From assembly GCA_016188355.1 (NCBI GenBank), contig JACPHY010000008.1:1-53993 (forward strand): 53,993 nucleotides of DNA, read 5' to 3'. Position numbers and translations under genes: made by a program. Below, piece after piece: positions 29,040 to 39,015 of the stretch. The DNA comes from Candidatus Uhrbacteria bacterium. Its GTDB lineage: Bacteria; Patescibacteriota; Patescibacteriia; JACPHY01. The notes below the pieces were generated by a model, which saw only the letters and a list, made by a program, of their open reading frames with translations, was not told the origin of the DNA and ran no database searches. Within the stretch, counting starts at the first letter, position 1. The number at the start of each line of letters is the position of its first letter.

Positions 29040-31766
29040 CTATGCACCATGACACTTCTTATACTTCTTGCCACTTCCACAAGGACAGGGGTCGTTGCGG
29101 CCGACGTGGGGACCGGACGCCGTGTCGCTCGCATCGGACGTGGTCACCGCCGCAGGAGCGGCAACGCCAATGGACTCCCCTTCCCTCTTGGTCATCTCCT
29201 TCGCGGGCGCGGAGAATTGCATCGGCATGTCGGCGAATACCGACTGCACTTGCGCCATGGTTGGTGCGGCATGCGCAATGGCGCGCACCACATCTTCCTG
29301 GATCAATGCGAGGAGACTCGTAAAGAGCCGATAGGCTTCGCGCTTGTACTCAACCAACGGATCGCGCTGACCGTACCCGCGCAATCCAATGCCATGGCGC
29401 AGGTGCTCAATCGCGTCGAGGTGTTCAATCCACAACTCATCCATCGCGCGCAGCACGACCGCGCGAATGAGACCCCGGAATGCCTCATCATTCGCCACCC
29501 GCAACCGCAGCTGATCGATCGATCGTTGGGTCGCATCCGTGAGCGTGCGTACCAGTGCGGTTCGCACTTCCGCAGCGCCAAGCTTTCCATCCCCATGCTC
29601 GAGGGGAATCTGTAATGCGGCGATCGCTGCTTCGTCGAGGGGAATCATGGCGCCGGCAGCGCGCTGCAGCGCATCCAATTCCCACAAATCCATTCGCTCC
29701 CCGGGCGTATGTGCCGCGACGATGCGCTCACTGACCTGCTCGAGCATATCCGTCACCACGGCGACCGGATCGAGCGCCGTGAGCACGTCGCGCCGCTTGC
29801 GATAAATGACCTCGCGATGCTTATTGAGGACGTCATCGTATTCGAGGAGGTGTTTTCGGGTATCAAAATGATGATGCTCCACCTTCCGCTGCGCACCCTC
29901 AATCTGCTTCGTGACAATACGATTCTCAATCGGCACCTCATCCGGTACGCCCAGTCGCTCCATCATCCGTTGCAGGCGCTCGCCGGCAAAAATACGCATG
30001 AGATCATCGGAGAGCGCAATGAAGAACTGGGAGGATCCCGCATCACCCTGTCGACCGGCGCGACCACGGAGCTGGTTATCGATCCGCCGCGATTCGTGCC
30101 GCTCCGTACCGATCACATGCAACCCGCCGCTCGCGCGCACCGCCTCCTGCTCTGACGCCTCCGGTGGATTTCCCCCGAGAATGATGTCCACCCCGCGCCC
30201 CGCCATATTCGTGGCGAGCGTCACCGCGCCCCGTCGTCCCGCTTGCGCAATAATCTCTCCCTCGCGCTCATGGTTCTTCGCATTGAGCATCGCATGCGGC
30301 ACCCCCTCACGCTCGAGGAGCGCGTGGAGCTGTTCGTTCTTTTCAATGGAGATCGTTCCGAGGAGGATGGGCTGTCCCTGCGCATGCCGCTCCTTCACCT
30401 CGGCCACTACCGCGCGCCACTTCGCGGCTTCGGTGCGGTAGATACGATCCGCGAGATCGCGCCGCACCATCGGCCGATGGGTCGGGATCGTCACCACGTC
30501 GAGGCGATAGATCTTCGCGAACTCCTCCGCTTCCGTTGCCGCAGTACCCGTCATGCCCGCAAGCTTCTCGTAGAGGCGGAAATAATTTTGAAACGTGATC
30601 GTCGCCAGCGTGAGCGATTCCCGCTGAATGGCCACTCCCTCCTTCGCCTCGATGGCCTGGTGGAGTCCCTCCGAATACCGACGCCCGTGCATGAGCCGAC
30701 CAGTAAACTCATCGACAATGATCACCTCGCCATCGCGCACCACGTACTCACGGTCATGTTGGTACAGTGCGTGCGCGCGGAGCGCTTGCTCGAGTTGATG
30801 TACGATCCGCACGCCTTCGGCGTAGAGGTTCTGTACCCCCAGCAACGATTCCATGTGCGTAATCCCCTCCTCCGTGAGCGTGACCGCACGCAGCTTCTCA
30901 TCGACCACGTAGTCCTTCGTGGGCTCTAACTTGCGCACCAATGCAGCAAACTGTCGATACTGATCCGTCGCACCCTCTGCAGAGGCAGAAATAATGAGCG
31001 GCGTGCGCGCTTCATCAATGAGGATCGAATCTACTTCGTCCACGATGGCGTAATAGTGCCCACGCTGCACCATATCCTCCGCGCGGGAAACCATGTTGTC
31101 CCGAAGGTAGTCGAACCCAAACTCATTATTCGTACCGTAGGTAATGTCGGCGAGGTACGCGTCCCGCCGATGCACGGGGCGCAAAAACTCGTGCACCACC
31201 TTATACGCACCCGTCGTATCTGCGGTGACCTCCGCCTCGTCCGCGGGCGGCGGCTCCGCGGTGGCAACGTGCCCAGGATCATACACGTAGGCGGTCTCAT
31301 GATTGAGACAGCCGACACGCATGCCGAGCGCTGCGTAGACTTTCCCCATCCACGCCGCATCACGGCGGGCGAGGTAGTCATTCACTGTGACGACATGCAC
31401 CCCCTTCCCGGCCAGCGCATTGAGGTACACAGCAGCAGTCGCGGTGAGCGTCTTTCCCTCTCCGGTCCGCATTTCTGCGATCTGCCCGCGATGGAGCACC
31501 ATGCTGCCTACCAGCTGCACGTCATAGTGCCGCTGCCCGAGCACCCGACGCGCTGATTCCCGAACGGCAGCAAACGCCTCGGGCAATATCTGCTCAATCG
31601 TGGCACCACCCGCCAAACGCTCACGGAATGCAACCGTCTGGTGCGCGAGCGTCGCATCATCCAGCGCCTGGAATTCGGATTCCAGGGCGTTCACGCGATC
31701 CAGGAGCGGTCGGAGGGAACGAACGACCCGAGCGTTCGGGTCGCCGAAAAGGAGTTTGAGGATCAT
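29040..31766 (-). CDS. secA: Protein translocase subunit SecA
   Basis: [57 protein letters not shown]. Confidence 0.98.
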   Translation of the reverse strand: MILKLLFGDPNARVVRSLRPLLDRVNALESEFQALDDATLAHQTVAFRERLAGGATIEQILPEAFAAVRESARRVLGQRHYDVQLVGSMVLHRGQIAEMRTGEGKTLTATAAVYLNALAGKGVHVVTVNDYLARRDAAWMGKVYAALGMRVGCLNHETAYVYDPGHVATAEPPPADEAEVTADTTGAYKVVHEFLRPVHRRDAYLADITYGTNNEFGFDYLRDNMVSRAEDMVQRGHYYAIVDEVDSILIDEARTPLIISASAEGATDQYRQFAALVRKLEPTKDYVVDEKLRAVTLTEEGITHMESLLGVQNLYAEGVRIVHQLEQALRAHALYQHDREYVVRDGEVIIVDEFTGRLMHGRRYSEGLHQAIEAKEGVAIQRESLTLATITFQNYFRLYEKLAGMTGTAATEAEEFAKIYRLDVVTIPTHRPMVRRDLADRIYRTEAAKWRAVVAEVKERHAQGQPILLGTISIEKNEQLHALLEREGVPHAMLNAKNHEREGEIIAQAGRRGAVTLATNMAGRGVDIILGGNPPEASEQEAVRASGGLHVIGTERHESRRIDNQLRGRAGRQGDAGSSQFFIALSDDLMRIFAGERLQRMMERLGVPDEVPIENRIVTKQIEGAQRKVEHHHFDTRKHLLEYDDVLNKHREVIYRKRRDVLTALDPVAVVTDMLEQVSERIVAAHTPGERMDLWELDALQRAAGAMIPLDEAAIAALQIPLEHGDGKLGAAEVRTALVRTLTDATQRSIDQLRLRVANDEAFRGLIRAVVLRAMDELWIEHLDAIEHLRHGIGLRGYGQRDPLVEYKREAYRLFTSLLALIQEDVVRAIAHAAPTMAQVQSVFADMPMQFSAPAKEMTKREGESIGVAAPAAVTTSDASDTASGPHVGRNDPCPCGSGKKYKKCHGA

Positions 31767-31906
31767 AACCAGGAGACCTCTGAAAAATCGCTTTCGTGCC
31801 AGGGACGTGATGTTCGAGCGAGCTGCGCGACGCAGACCCGAGTCAAAATCGACCTTTAGCGTATCGCGGTTCCGCTGCACCCGCAACGCGGGGTTGTGGT
31901 ACCCAT

Positions 31907-31934
31907 TTGACCGCGCATCCGAATGCGCCATACT
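31907..31934 (+). promoter_or_regulatory. Promoter for ftsH with an inverted repeat in the spacer
   Basis: TTGACC-GCGCATCCGAATGCGC-CATACT. Confidence 0.55.
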
Positions 31935-31997
31935 GCTCCACGTCGTTCATTCACCATCCGGACACCCACATCTCCATGCACCATGGAGGGAGATCTC

Positions 31998-33830
31998 ATG
32001 CAGCGCTTCCGTCTCCTTGCGATCCTCATTGCCGTACTCACCACCGGGACGTGGCTTTGGTCCAAATTCGGTCGTACCTCGGTCGAGGGAATTGCCATTC
32101 CCTACTCCGAATTCCGCAATCGCGTCGTGAAAGGCGAAATGGAGCAGATCACCATCACCAAGGAAAACGTTCGCGGCAAGCGGAAGGATACCGCTGGAGA
32201 ATGGACCGCAAACATCCCCGAGCACGCGAATGAAGAACTGGTGGCGTTCTTGGATGAACACCATGCCGTCTTTCGCGTCGAGCACGATACCATCAACCGC
32301 GACTGGGTGATGACTGGCCTCTCGGCCCTTTCCCTGTTCGGACTCATGTTCGTCACCTTTCGCCTCGATCGCCGCATGGGCGGACCAAAGTCATTCCGGA
32401 AAGCAGCAACTTCACACACCACCTTCGCGGACGTTGCTGGATGTGACGAAGCAAAGCTGGAACTCCAGGAAACGGTCACCTACCTCAAAGGCCCCGAACG
32501 CGCCGCGCGTCTCGGCGCACAAAATCCGCGCGGCATTCTGCTCTGCGGGCCGCCGGGAACCGGAAAAACACTCCTCGCCCGCGCCGTCGCTGGCGAGGCC
32601 GGCGTACCGTTCTACTCCGTAAGTGGGTCCGAATTCGTCGAGCTCTTCGTCGGCGCAGGCGCCGCGCGCGTGCGAAAACTCTTCCACACGGCAAAACGCC
32701 ATGCGCCCGCCATCATCTTCATTGACGAAATCGATGCGGTCGGAGGTCATCGCGGCAAACGAAACGATCATTCCGAACGCGAACAGACCCTCAACCAAAT
32801 CCTCGTGGAGATGGACGGCTTCGAACGAACCGCTGGCCTCATCGTGATGGCAGCGACGAACCGCGCGGACGATCTTGATGCCGCGCTGGTTCGGAAGGGC
32901 AGGTTCGATCGCCGCATCATGGTCGACCACCCCGATGTCCATGCGCGCCACGCGATTCTCGCGCTGCACGCGAAAACACGAACAATGGATACGGCGGTTG
33001 ACCTCCATGCACTCGCGCAGCAGCTCTCCGGCTTCTCCGGCGCCGACCTCGCGAACGTGATCAATGAGGGCGCACTCATCGCCACGCGCAGTACCGCGCC
33101 CGCGATCACGCAAATACACCTCCAGGAGGCCATTGAACGCGTCCTCACCGGAGCAGAACGGAAAACTCGGCGCCTCCGACCGGAGGAACGCACCCGCGTC
33201 GCCTTGCACGAGGCAGGACATGCCATCGTTCGGTCGATCACGAGCGGACCGGATTCCGTTCAGAAGATCTCGATCGTGCCGCGTGGAGACGCGCTCGGCG
33301 TCACTATCCAAATTCCTCCGGAAGATCGATACATCATGACCGACCAAGAGATCCTCGACGGCATCGCAGGGCTGCTCGGCGGACGCGCGGCAGAGGCCAC
33401 CGCACTGGAGGGCAGTATCTCGACCGGCGCATCGGATGACCTCATGCAAGCGAATGCTGCGGCCAGGAAATTCGTCACGATCTACGGCATGAGCGCACAC
33501 TTGCGCCATCGCGCGTTTGAGCAGGTGGATGCAGCAGGAACCTTCGAGCGCCGTACGAGCATCTCTGAGGATCTGATCGCAAAAGTGGACGTCGCGATTC
33601 AGGAGATCATCACAGATGCGTATGCCCGCGCCGTGGACATCCAGGTAACCAACACCGAGCTCCTCCAAGAAATCGCGCAGCACCTCCTTGCGCAGGAACA
33701 CCTGAGCGGCGCTGCGCTCCACGAGCTCCTTGCCCGCGCGAAAGCTCCCCCAATGTCCACGAGCAACCTGAAACGGAACGGCGGTCATCCCGTCAGTCCC
33801 GCTGCATCATTGGCACACGCGACCGCATGA
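31998..33830 (+). CDS. ftsH: ATP-dependent zinc metalloprotease FtsH
   Basis: Two TMs, [21 protein letters not shown]...GRFDR, HEAGH; SD GGAGG 31985-31989. Confidence 0.95.
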   Translation: MQRFRLLAILIAVLTTGTWLWSKFGRTSVEGIAIPYSEFRNRVVKGEMEQITITKENVRGKRKDTAGEWTANIPEHANEELVAFLDEHHAVFRVEHDTINRDWVMTGLSALSLFGLMFVTFRLDRRMGGPKSFRKAATSHTTFADVAGCDEAKLELQETVTYLKGPERAARLGAQNPRGILLCGPPGTGKTLLARAVAGEAGVPFYSVSGSEFVELFVGAGAARVRKLFHTAKRHAPAIIFIDEIDAVGGHRGKRNDHSEREQTLNQILVEMDGFERTAGLIVMAATNRADDLDAALVRKGRFDRRIMVDHPDVHARHAILALHAKTRTMDTAVDLHALAQQLSGFSGADLANVINEGALIATRSTAPAITQIHLQEAIERVLTGAERKTRRLRPEERTRVALHEAGHAIVRSITSGPDSVQKISIVPRGDALGVTIQIPPEDRYIMTDQEILDGIAGLLGGRAAEATALEGSISTGASDDLMQANAAARKFVTIYGMSAHLRHRAFEQVDAAGTFERRTSISEDLIAKVDVAIQEIITDAYARAVDIQVTNTELLQEIAQHLLAQEHLSGAALHELLARAKAPPMSTSNLKRNGGHPVSPAASLAHATA

Positions 33831-33836
33831 ACACCA

Positions 33837-33864
33837 CCGCACCGCTGCGTACGCAGCGGTGCGG
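33837..33864. terminator. 28-bp perfect palindrome between convergent genes
   Basis: CCGCACCGCTGCGT/ACGCAGCGGTGCGG. Confidence 0.6.
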
Positions 33865-33884
33865 ATTCTTGTGCGCGCCATGCA

Positions 33885-34700
33885 TTACGAATGCAGGAAG
33901 AGTGTTTCCGCAAGCCCCGAAAACACCCAAGGACGCTCCGCTGGGGCGAACACCTGCTCGACCAGCGCGACGTACGGATCAAACTCATGGAGACCGGTAT
34001 GCATGCCCGCGTAATCCGTGCCAAACATCATTTTCTGCCGCACATCGGGGAAATAGGCAAACGCCCGATCGAGATCTCGTGCGTACTGTTGCACGAGCGG
34101 ACGAATCCGATCTGCTCCTCCCACGGAATCGATGGTTCCTGAACAATCGGTATAGACGTTTGCATTCTTGCTCACCACATTCGCCGTCTCGAGCAGGTAC
34201 GGAAATCCAAAATGCGCGATCACCATGGGACATGCAGGTACGCGCATGGCGAGGACATCCACATGGATCGGATGGCTGTAGAGCAGCATCGCCTGCTGTT
34301 CGATATCGTATACATCCCCGCAGTGAAAAATGAGCGGTTTACGGAATTCCGCACACAACTGCGCAAGCGGCACGAGTCGCTCATCGGACGGGTACACGTG
34401 CTGATATCCGGGATAACACTTCACTCCGACAACGGCGCGGTCGGCAAAAAGTACGTGGAGTCGCTCCAACTGCGGCTCCGCCGCTGCGTTCATATCAAAT
34501 GCGGGGATCAGGCGCATGTCCGGATGCGACCGCACGAATGCGTGCACACGATCGAAATCCACGGGGAGCACCTGATCCGCAGCATCATGCGTGGACCAAT
34601 GGTAGATGGTAAAAATCATCCGAACGCGATCCCCCGCCTGCGCTCGATACTGTGCATACGTCGCCTCTTCATAGAGGTGCGTGTGGATGTCAATGATCAT
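33885..34700 (-). CDS. Amidohydrolase family (TIM-barrel metallohydrolase)
   Basis: IDIHTH, GVKCYPGY, IFHCG, IAHFG, FGTDY. Confidence 0.88.
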   Translation of the reverse strand: MIIDIHTHLYEEATYAQYRAQAGDRVRMIFTIYHWSTHDAADQVLPVDFDRVHAFVRSHPDMRLIPAFDMNAAAEPQLERLHVLFADRAVVGVKCYPGYQHVYPSDERLVPLAQLCAEFRKPLIFHCGDVYDIEQQAMLLYSHPIHVDVLAMRVPACPMVIAHFGFPYLLETANVVSKNANVYTDCSGTIDSVGGADRIRPLVQQYARDLDRAFAYFPDVRQKMMFGTDYAGMHTGLHEFDPYVALVEQVFAPAERPWVFSGLAETLFLHS

Positions 34701-34728
34701 ATGGAGCATTTTTCCTGTAGCTTTTCCT

Positions 34729-34755
34729 TTCGCTTATTCGTACGAATATGAGATT
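34729..34755 (+). repeat. Dispersed palindromic site, copy 3
   Basis: TTCGCTTATTCGTACGAATATGAGATT (identical to copy 1). Confidence 0.9.
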
Positions 34756-34764
34756 GGGCGCCAA

Positions 34765-34826
34765 CAAGCTGCAAGCTCAAGCTGCAAGCTCAAGCTGCAA
34801 GCTCAAGCTGCAAGCTCAAGCTGCAA
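34765..34826. repeat. Tandem repeat (CAAGCTGCAAGCT) x4 plus a 10-bp partial unit
   Basis: Perfect 13-mer units start at 34765, 34778, 34791, 34804; partial unit at 34817. Confidence 0.95.
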
Positions 34827-34897
34827 CAGTAAGAATAGCGCACGGTGATGTAGTGCGTGCAGCACGAGCTGCCGATACTCACGCTGCGCATGGATAA

Positions 34898-34936
34898 CGA
34901 AATACACCGCCGAACCAACGTTCGGGGTGTATTTCG
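34898..34936 (-). terminator. Hairpin downstream of tRNA-Pro
   Basis: CGAAATACACC-G-CCGAAC-CAAC-GTTCGG-GGTGTATTTCG. Confidence 0.5.
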
Positions 34937-34954
34937 CGGGCATCCAGGACACTG

Positions 34955-35027
34955 TCGGGCCGGCCGGGCTTGAACCGGCGACCTCACGGTCCCGAACCGT
35001 GCGTTCTACCAACTGAACTACGGCCCG
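34955..35027 (-). tRNA. tRNA-Pro(CGG)
   Basis: Cloverleaf CGGGCCG/CGGCCCG; anticodon loop TTCGGGA; T-loop TTCAAGC; no encoded CCA. Confidence 0.96.
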
Positions 35028-35186
35028 ACACTGCACTGCATGCCACCCGGTACCAACGTACACGGCTCCCATGACACCTGCAACTCTGCGGAAGCGACAA
35101 GCCCATCTCCGCGCATCTGGAAGCACGAAACGCATATTGACGCAGCAGTGACCCCATGAGAGCATCCTCCCTGAGGAGGAAAGCGC

Positions 35187-35513
35187 ATGCCAAAACCGAA
35201 ACGCTATCAATTCGACGAGAGTAGCGAGGCGTGCATCGAGGAAATTGCCGGATTCTTCCGCTGCACCAACGCCGATGCAATCCGAAATGCGCTCAGTCTC
35301 ACCGCGGTCATCGTGCGCGCATTCGAACGCAACCGAAACATCGAACTCTACCTCGGTCGCAACAACGTGCCAGCGACCAAACTCGACATCCGCGACATGA
35401 TCCAGCGAGAGCGGGATACCCCTCCCCCAAAGGGGCGGCCACGGGAACCAAAATTTCGTCTGATCCTGGATCTCATCCATGGGAGAAGCGCAGACGACCC
35501 CACAAAGCCCTGA
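35187..35513 (+). CDS. Hypothetical protein, possible ribbon-helix-helix DNA-binding N-terminus
   Basis: SD GGAGG 35175-35179; KRYQF...IEEIA...TNADAIRNAL pattern. Confidence 0.6.
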   Translation: MPKPKRYQFDESSEACIEEIAGFFRCTNADAIRNALSLTAVIVRAFERNRNIELYLGRNNVPATKLDIRDMIQRERDTPPPKGRPREPKFRLILDLIHGRSADDPTKP

Positions 35514-35524
35514 CCCACGGAAAA

Positions 35525-35550
35525 GCACCACAAGCCACTGCTTGTGGTGC
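35525..35550. terminator. Hairpin between convergent genes
   Basis: GCACCACAAGC-CACT-GCTTGTGGTGC. Confidence 0.6.
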
Positions 35551-35557
35551 AGTCATG

Positions 35558-37159
35558 TCATTCAGCAGGCGGCACATCCGGCGCACTCCGCTGTCGCAGT
35601 TGCCGACGCGGGGAAATATCCGCGTCATAGGTGCCCAGCGCCAACCGCAACCGCTGCACGGCACTCAGAATGACGCCGCCATCCGCGGTCGATTCGGGGC
35701 TTTCCCCATGCGCTTGGGAGAGACCGGCCGTACACTTCGACTCCAATGCTCGCGTCAACGCATCCTCCGTGACTATCACGGGTGCGGTGAGATCGATTCC
35801 ATGCTCCGTACGTATCTCACGCATCCACTGGAACGCGCGACGGGTAGCATCGCGCTCCTTGATTCGCGTAGGAAGCTCGAGGAGATGATCTAATTTCGCT
35901 GCGCGCCATTGCGTGGCGAAATCTTCCCGCAACATCTCCAGCTTCGCCTTGCGCTCGGGTTCCCGACGATCCCAATCTTCCATTTTGGCCTCCGCCGCTG
36001 CCTGCTCCCGGACGAGATCTTGGTACTGCGGATCATCCCCCACACACAATCTGATCATCACGCCCATAAACTGCACGAACCCCGGCATGGTGTATTGAAT
36101 CCAAATTTTTCCATCGCGTCGCTCATGCGTCGCATTCAACGTGGAGAGCATGGTGAGCGTCCGAAGCAGCTGCCTCGCATCATCTACGGATCCAATGCTT
36201 TCACGAGAGAGAGGCGATCGATCTGTCTGTAGTGCACCTTCCTTACCCAGAGACTCCGCAAAAACAAAGCCGCTCAACTCAAGATCGGCAACAATGGACT
36301 GTTTAAACTGCCACCACCCGAGGTCCTCTTGTTGGAACTCCCACCACCCGGCATCATCTCCTTGGAACCGCTGCCGCTCCTGCTCCTCCGTTGCCTCCCA
36401 GCGGTGAACCATGGCATCGCGCGCTTCCGGACTAAACAACTCCCGCGTCGCAATGGCCTGAAGCATCCGAGTTGCGCGTCGCACCTGTTGCTCCATCTGG
36501 TTCTCCTCGGCACGCATCTCCTTCTGGTAGTCATCCTCTCGTTGCACTGCTGCTTCCACCGCATCCAATGCCGCCGCGTCGGGCAGCTCTCCCACGAGCG
36601 TTGACGGAAGTGCGGCGAGTGTCGCACGTACATCGCGCGCATGATTCACGTGATTCAAGGAAGGGATCTTTGGTTGATCCCAACGTGCGCTAATGACGAG
36701 TTCTTGCAGTCGCGGGTCTTGATATTGATCCGCATGTCCCAGCTCGTGGAGCAGCGTCGCAATATCGACCGGCGTCTCGAGCGGCGGGACGACAACCTCC
36801 TTCCCCAAGAGGTCATACCAATAATTTCCCAAACGTTCGGTTACCTGATACACGGGAACCTTGTGGGGATTCGCCATGGCGAGAAGATCCACGCGCTCCG
36901 ACGTACCCGGGCGCACGAGCACGAGCGACCGTACGCGCTGCGCACGTCCCCAAGCGATCTGCTCTGACTTCGTGTTGTCACCGGTCTTCCGTTCCACCAT
37001 TTCCGCAACTGGGCGATCTTTCCGCTCGTACTCCAATTCCGCGGTGCACTGCAACGTACCGTGCGCATCACGATATTCCACCGTGCGGCGGATGATCTCC
37101 GATTCGGACTCCGGGTGGAGAGATGCGGATTCGAACGCAGACGGCATGTTGTGTTCCAT
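35558..37159 (-). CDS. Hypothetical acidic coiled-coil protein with an HExxH motif
   Basis: LLHELGH and a distal ERDA; long ORF filling the region. Confidence 0.7.
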   Translation of the reverse strand: MEHNMPSAFESASLHPESESEIIRRTVEYRDAHGTLQCTAELEYERKDRPVAEMVERKTGDNTKSEQIAWGRAQRVRSLVLVRPGTSERVDLLAMANPHKVPVYQVTERLGNYWYDLLGKEVVVPPLETPVDIATLLHELGHADQYQDPRLQELVISARWDQPKIPSLNHVNHARDVRATLAALPSTLVGELPDAAALDAVEAAVQREDDYQKEMRAEENQMEQQVRRATRMLQAIATRELFSPEARDAMVHRWEATEEQERQRFQGDDAGWWEFQQEDLGWWQFKQSIVADLELSGFVFAESLGKEGALQTDRSPLSRESIGSVDDARQLLRTLTMLSTLNATHERRDGKIWIQYTMPGFVQFMGVMIRLCVGDDPQYQDLVREQAAAEAKMEDWDRREPERKAKLEMLREDFATQWRAAKLDHLLELPTRIKERDATRRAFQWMREIRTEHGIDLTAPVIVTEDALTRALESKCTAGLSQAHGESPESTADGGVILSAVQRLRLALGTYDADISPRRQLRQRSAPDVPPAE

Positions 37160-37237
37160 AGATACCCACATGCACAAACGATCCCCAACTGTAGGAAAAG
37201 TATACCATCGCGCAACCACGGTTGCGGGAATAAAAGA

Positions 37238-37265
37238 ACGCCCTGAGCAAGACTGCTCAGGGCGT
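37238..37265 (-). terminator. Terminator hairpin
   Basis: ACGCCCTGAGCA-AGAC-TGCTCAGGGCGT, followed by TCTTTT on the minus strand. Confidence 0.7.
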
Positions 37266-37270
37266 AATTG

Positions 37271-38743
37271 CTACGTCGCCGGGATCATATGGGACCGTGC
37301 TGCGATCCACATGTACTCCGCGATCTGCGGGCGCGCAACTCCTCGTGCGCGAACGAAGCGCTCATGCACGATCCGGAATGCATCGATCGCCTGTTCGACC
37401 ACCATCGGAATGCCATCAAGCACCGGAAGCCCGAGGGTCCGCGCCTGCTGCAGCATGATCGTCTCCTCGTGTGCGAGCACGATATCTGCAATCACGGTGT
37501 TGGGTCGACATCGCGCCAATACCTGGAGAGCGTATGCATGATTTTCTGCGATGCCCGTCGGCGATGGCGGGAGCGTCACCGGCCCGAGCGCCGAGTATGC
37601 AATCATCTCCCCATTGCCCTTGCTCGTCGTGTTCACCACGGCATCGGCATCGGCAACCAACTCGTGGAGCGCGGTTTCCGATGCAGCGATCACGGCCGCA
37701 TCATCGTATTCGGGATGCGTACCCCGCACGAACGAGGTGATGCGGCGAGCCAATTCCTCCGCACGCACAACCGTCCGATTGCAAATCCGGAGCTGCGCAC
37801 CGCGCGCGGCGAGGGCGAAGGCAATCGCATCTCCAGCTCCTCCGGCACCCAGGACCACCACCGTGGCACCCCGAATGGAGCGCCCCGTCACGCGTAGCGC
37901 CTGCTCCAGGGATACGGCGAATCCCTCACCGTCCGTGTTGTACCCCTCCAATGCACCCGATAAGGTCCGCCGAATAACATTCACCGCACCCATGGCTGCC
38001 GCGAGCGGATCCACCGTGTCGAGATGCGATAGCACCGCCTGCTTGAATCCTACGCCCGCACCGCCGCCGAGATACCACGGGTCATTCCGAAATGCATCCA
38101 GCACTTCGGGTATGCGTGCAGGATCTCCGGTGACCATGACGCTCACGTAGGGAAGACCGAAGCCACGATATGCCGCATTCCAGAGGAGCGGCGTATATGC
38201 CGGATACTCGTGCGCAATGAGCGGCACCGTTCCTCCCGCAGTGCTCATGGCGCGCAAGGCATCCTGCGCCGTTCCCGACACCACCTGCGGCTGTCCATAC
38301 GGTTGCCGCGCGATGCGCAGGATACCCGCATCGATACAATCCACCAGCGTTCGGTGCGGCATGCGCATATCTTCCTCGTACGTAAATTCCACGATCGTCA
38401 CCACATCGTCGGGAACGATGCATCGGTCGTAGTAACGGGCAAGCACCTGCTGCAGCGCATCGGGATCATCCTCAAACTTCGGACTCCCCCGCAGATCCGC
38501 CACACGTACCTCGCTCATGCTCGTGACGGCGACGCGCTGAATCCGTACCCAGCACGTGTAGAGATCCTCTCCATCCTCCGTCCGACACCGCACGCGCGCA
38601 CGCTCCTTCGGCGCATATCCGCGGACATGCTCCGCATCGCGCATCCCCAATCGTACGGTCCGCGTGATCTGTCGATTCGTGAGCTCCACGAGACAGTGCG
38701 GACGAAACCAAATTTCTGGTGGACTATGCCGCAATTCCTGCAC
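37271..38743 (-). CDS. ASCH/PUA-like domain fused to a shikimate dehydrogenase-family enzyme
   Basis: GAVNVI, NTDGEGF, GAGGAG, NRT, DGIPMVVEQA; N-terminus ITRTVRLG...LARYY...VTIVEF; SD GGAGGTGA. Confidence 0.8.
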   Translation of the reverse strand: MQELRHSPPEIWFRPHCLVELTNRQITRTVRLGMRDAEHVRGYAPKERARVRCRTEDGEDLYTCWVRIQRVAVTSMSEVRVADLRGSPKFEDDPDALQQVLARYYDRCIVPDDVVTIVEFTYEEDMRMPHRTLVDCIDAGILRIARQPYGQPQVVSGTAQDALRAMSTAGGTVPLIAHEYPAYTPLLWNAAYRGFGLPYVSVMVTGDPARIPEVLDAFRNDPWYLGGGAGVGFKQAVLSHLDTVDPLAAAMGAVNVIRRTLSGALEGYNTDGEGFAVSLEQALRVTGRSIRGATVVVLGAGGAGDAIAFALAARGAQLRICNRTVVRAEELARRITSFVRGTHPEYDDAAVIAASETALHELVADADAVVNTTSKGNGEMIAYSALGPVTLPPSPTGIAENHAYALQVLARCRPNTVIADIVLAHEETIMLQQARTLGLPVLDGIPMVVEQAIDAFRIVHERFVRARGVARPQIAEYMWIAARSHMIPAT

Positions 38744-38760
38744 GGGTCACCTCCACTACG

Positions 38761-38925
38761 AGAAAAGAACAAGGCTCCATCCGCACGCGAACGTGCTTGG
38801 CTGGACCTCTGTGCACACGGTACCGAGCAGCAGGCGCTCGGTCAACGCATCCGCGCTCCTGCCGGAATATCCGATCAATGCAACACCCTCCGCAGACGAT
38901 CACAGGGCATTGCACTGATCAATAT
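38761..38925 (-). promoter_or_regulatory. Candidate structured leader/attenuator
   Basis: 17-bp stem with three G-U pairs, a 7-bp hairpin, and a UUCG-capped hairpin followed by a U-rich tract before the SD. Confidence 0.4.
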
Positions 38926-38932
38926 TGCTCCA

Positions 38933-39003
38933 TTGGGGGGCAAGGATTCGAACCTTGATTCACGGCTCCAAAGGCCGCTGTCTTACCATTGGACGACCCC
39001 CCA
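38933..39003 (-). tRNA. tRNA-Gln(TTG)
   Basis: TGGGGGG/CCCCCCA acceptor stem; anticodon loop CTTTGGA; T-loop TTCGAAT. Confidence 0.95.
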
Positions 39004-39015
39004 ATCGTTCGATCA

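Noticed and set aside
34765-34826. 13-mer array as CRISPR or coding repeat
   Set aside because: Units are contiguous with no spacers; ORFs crossing it overlap tRNA-Pro and look spurious.
38810-38830. GGTACCGTG in the leader as a T-box
   Set aside because: It lacks the UGGN antiterminator bulge context and recognisable stem I motifs.
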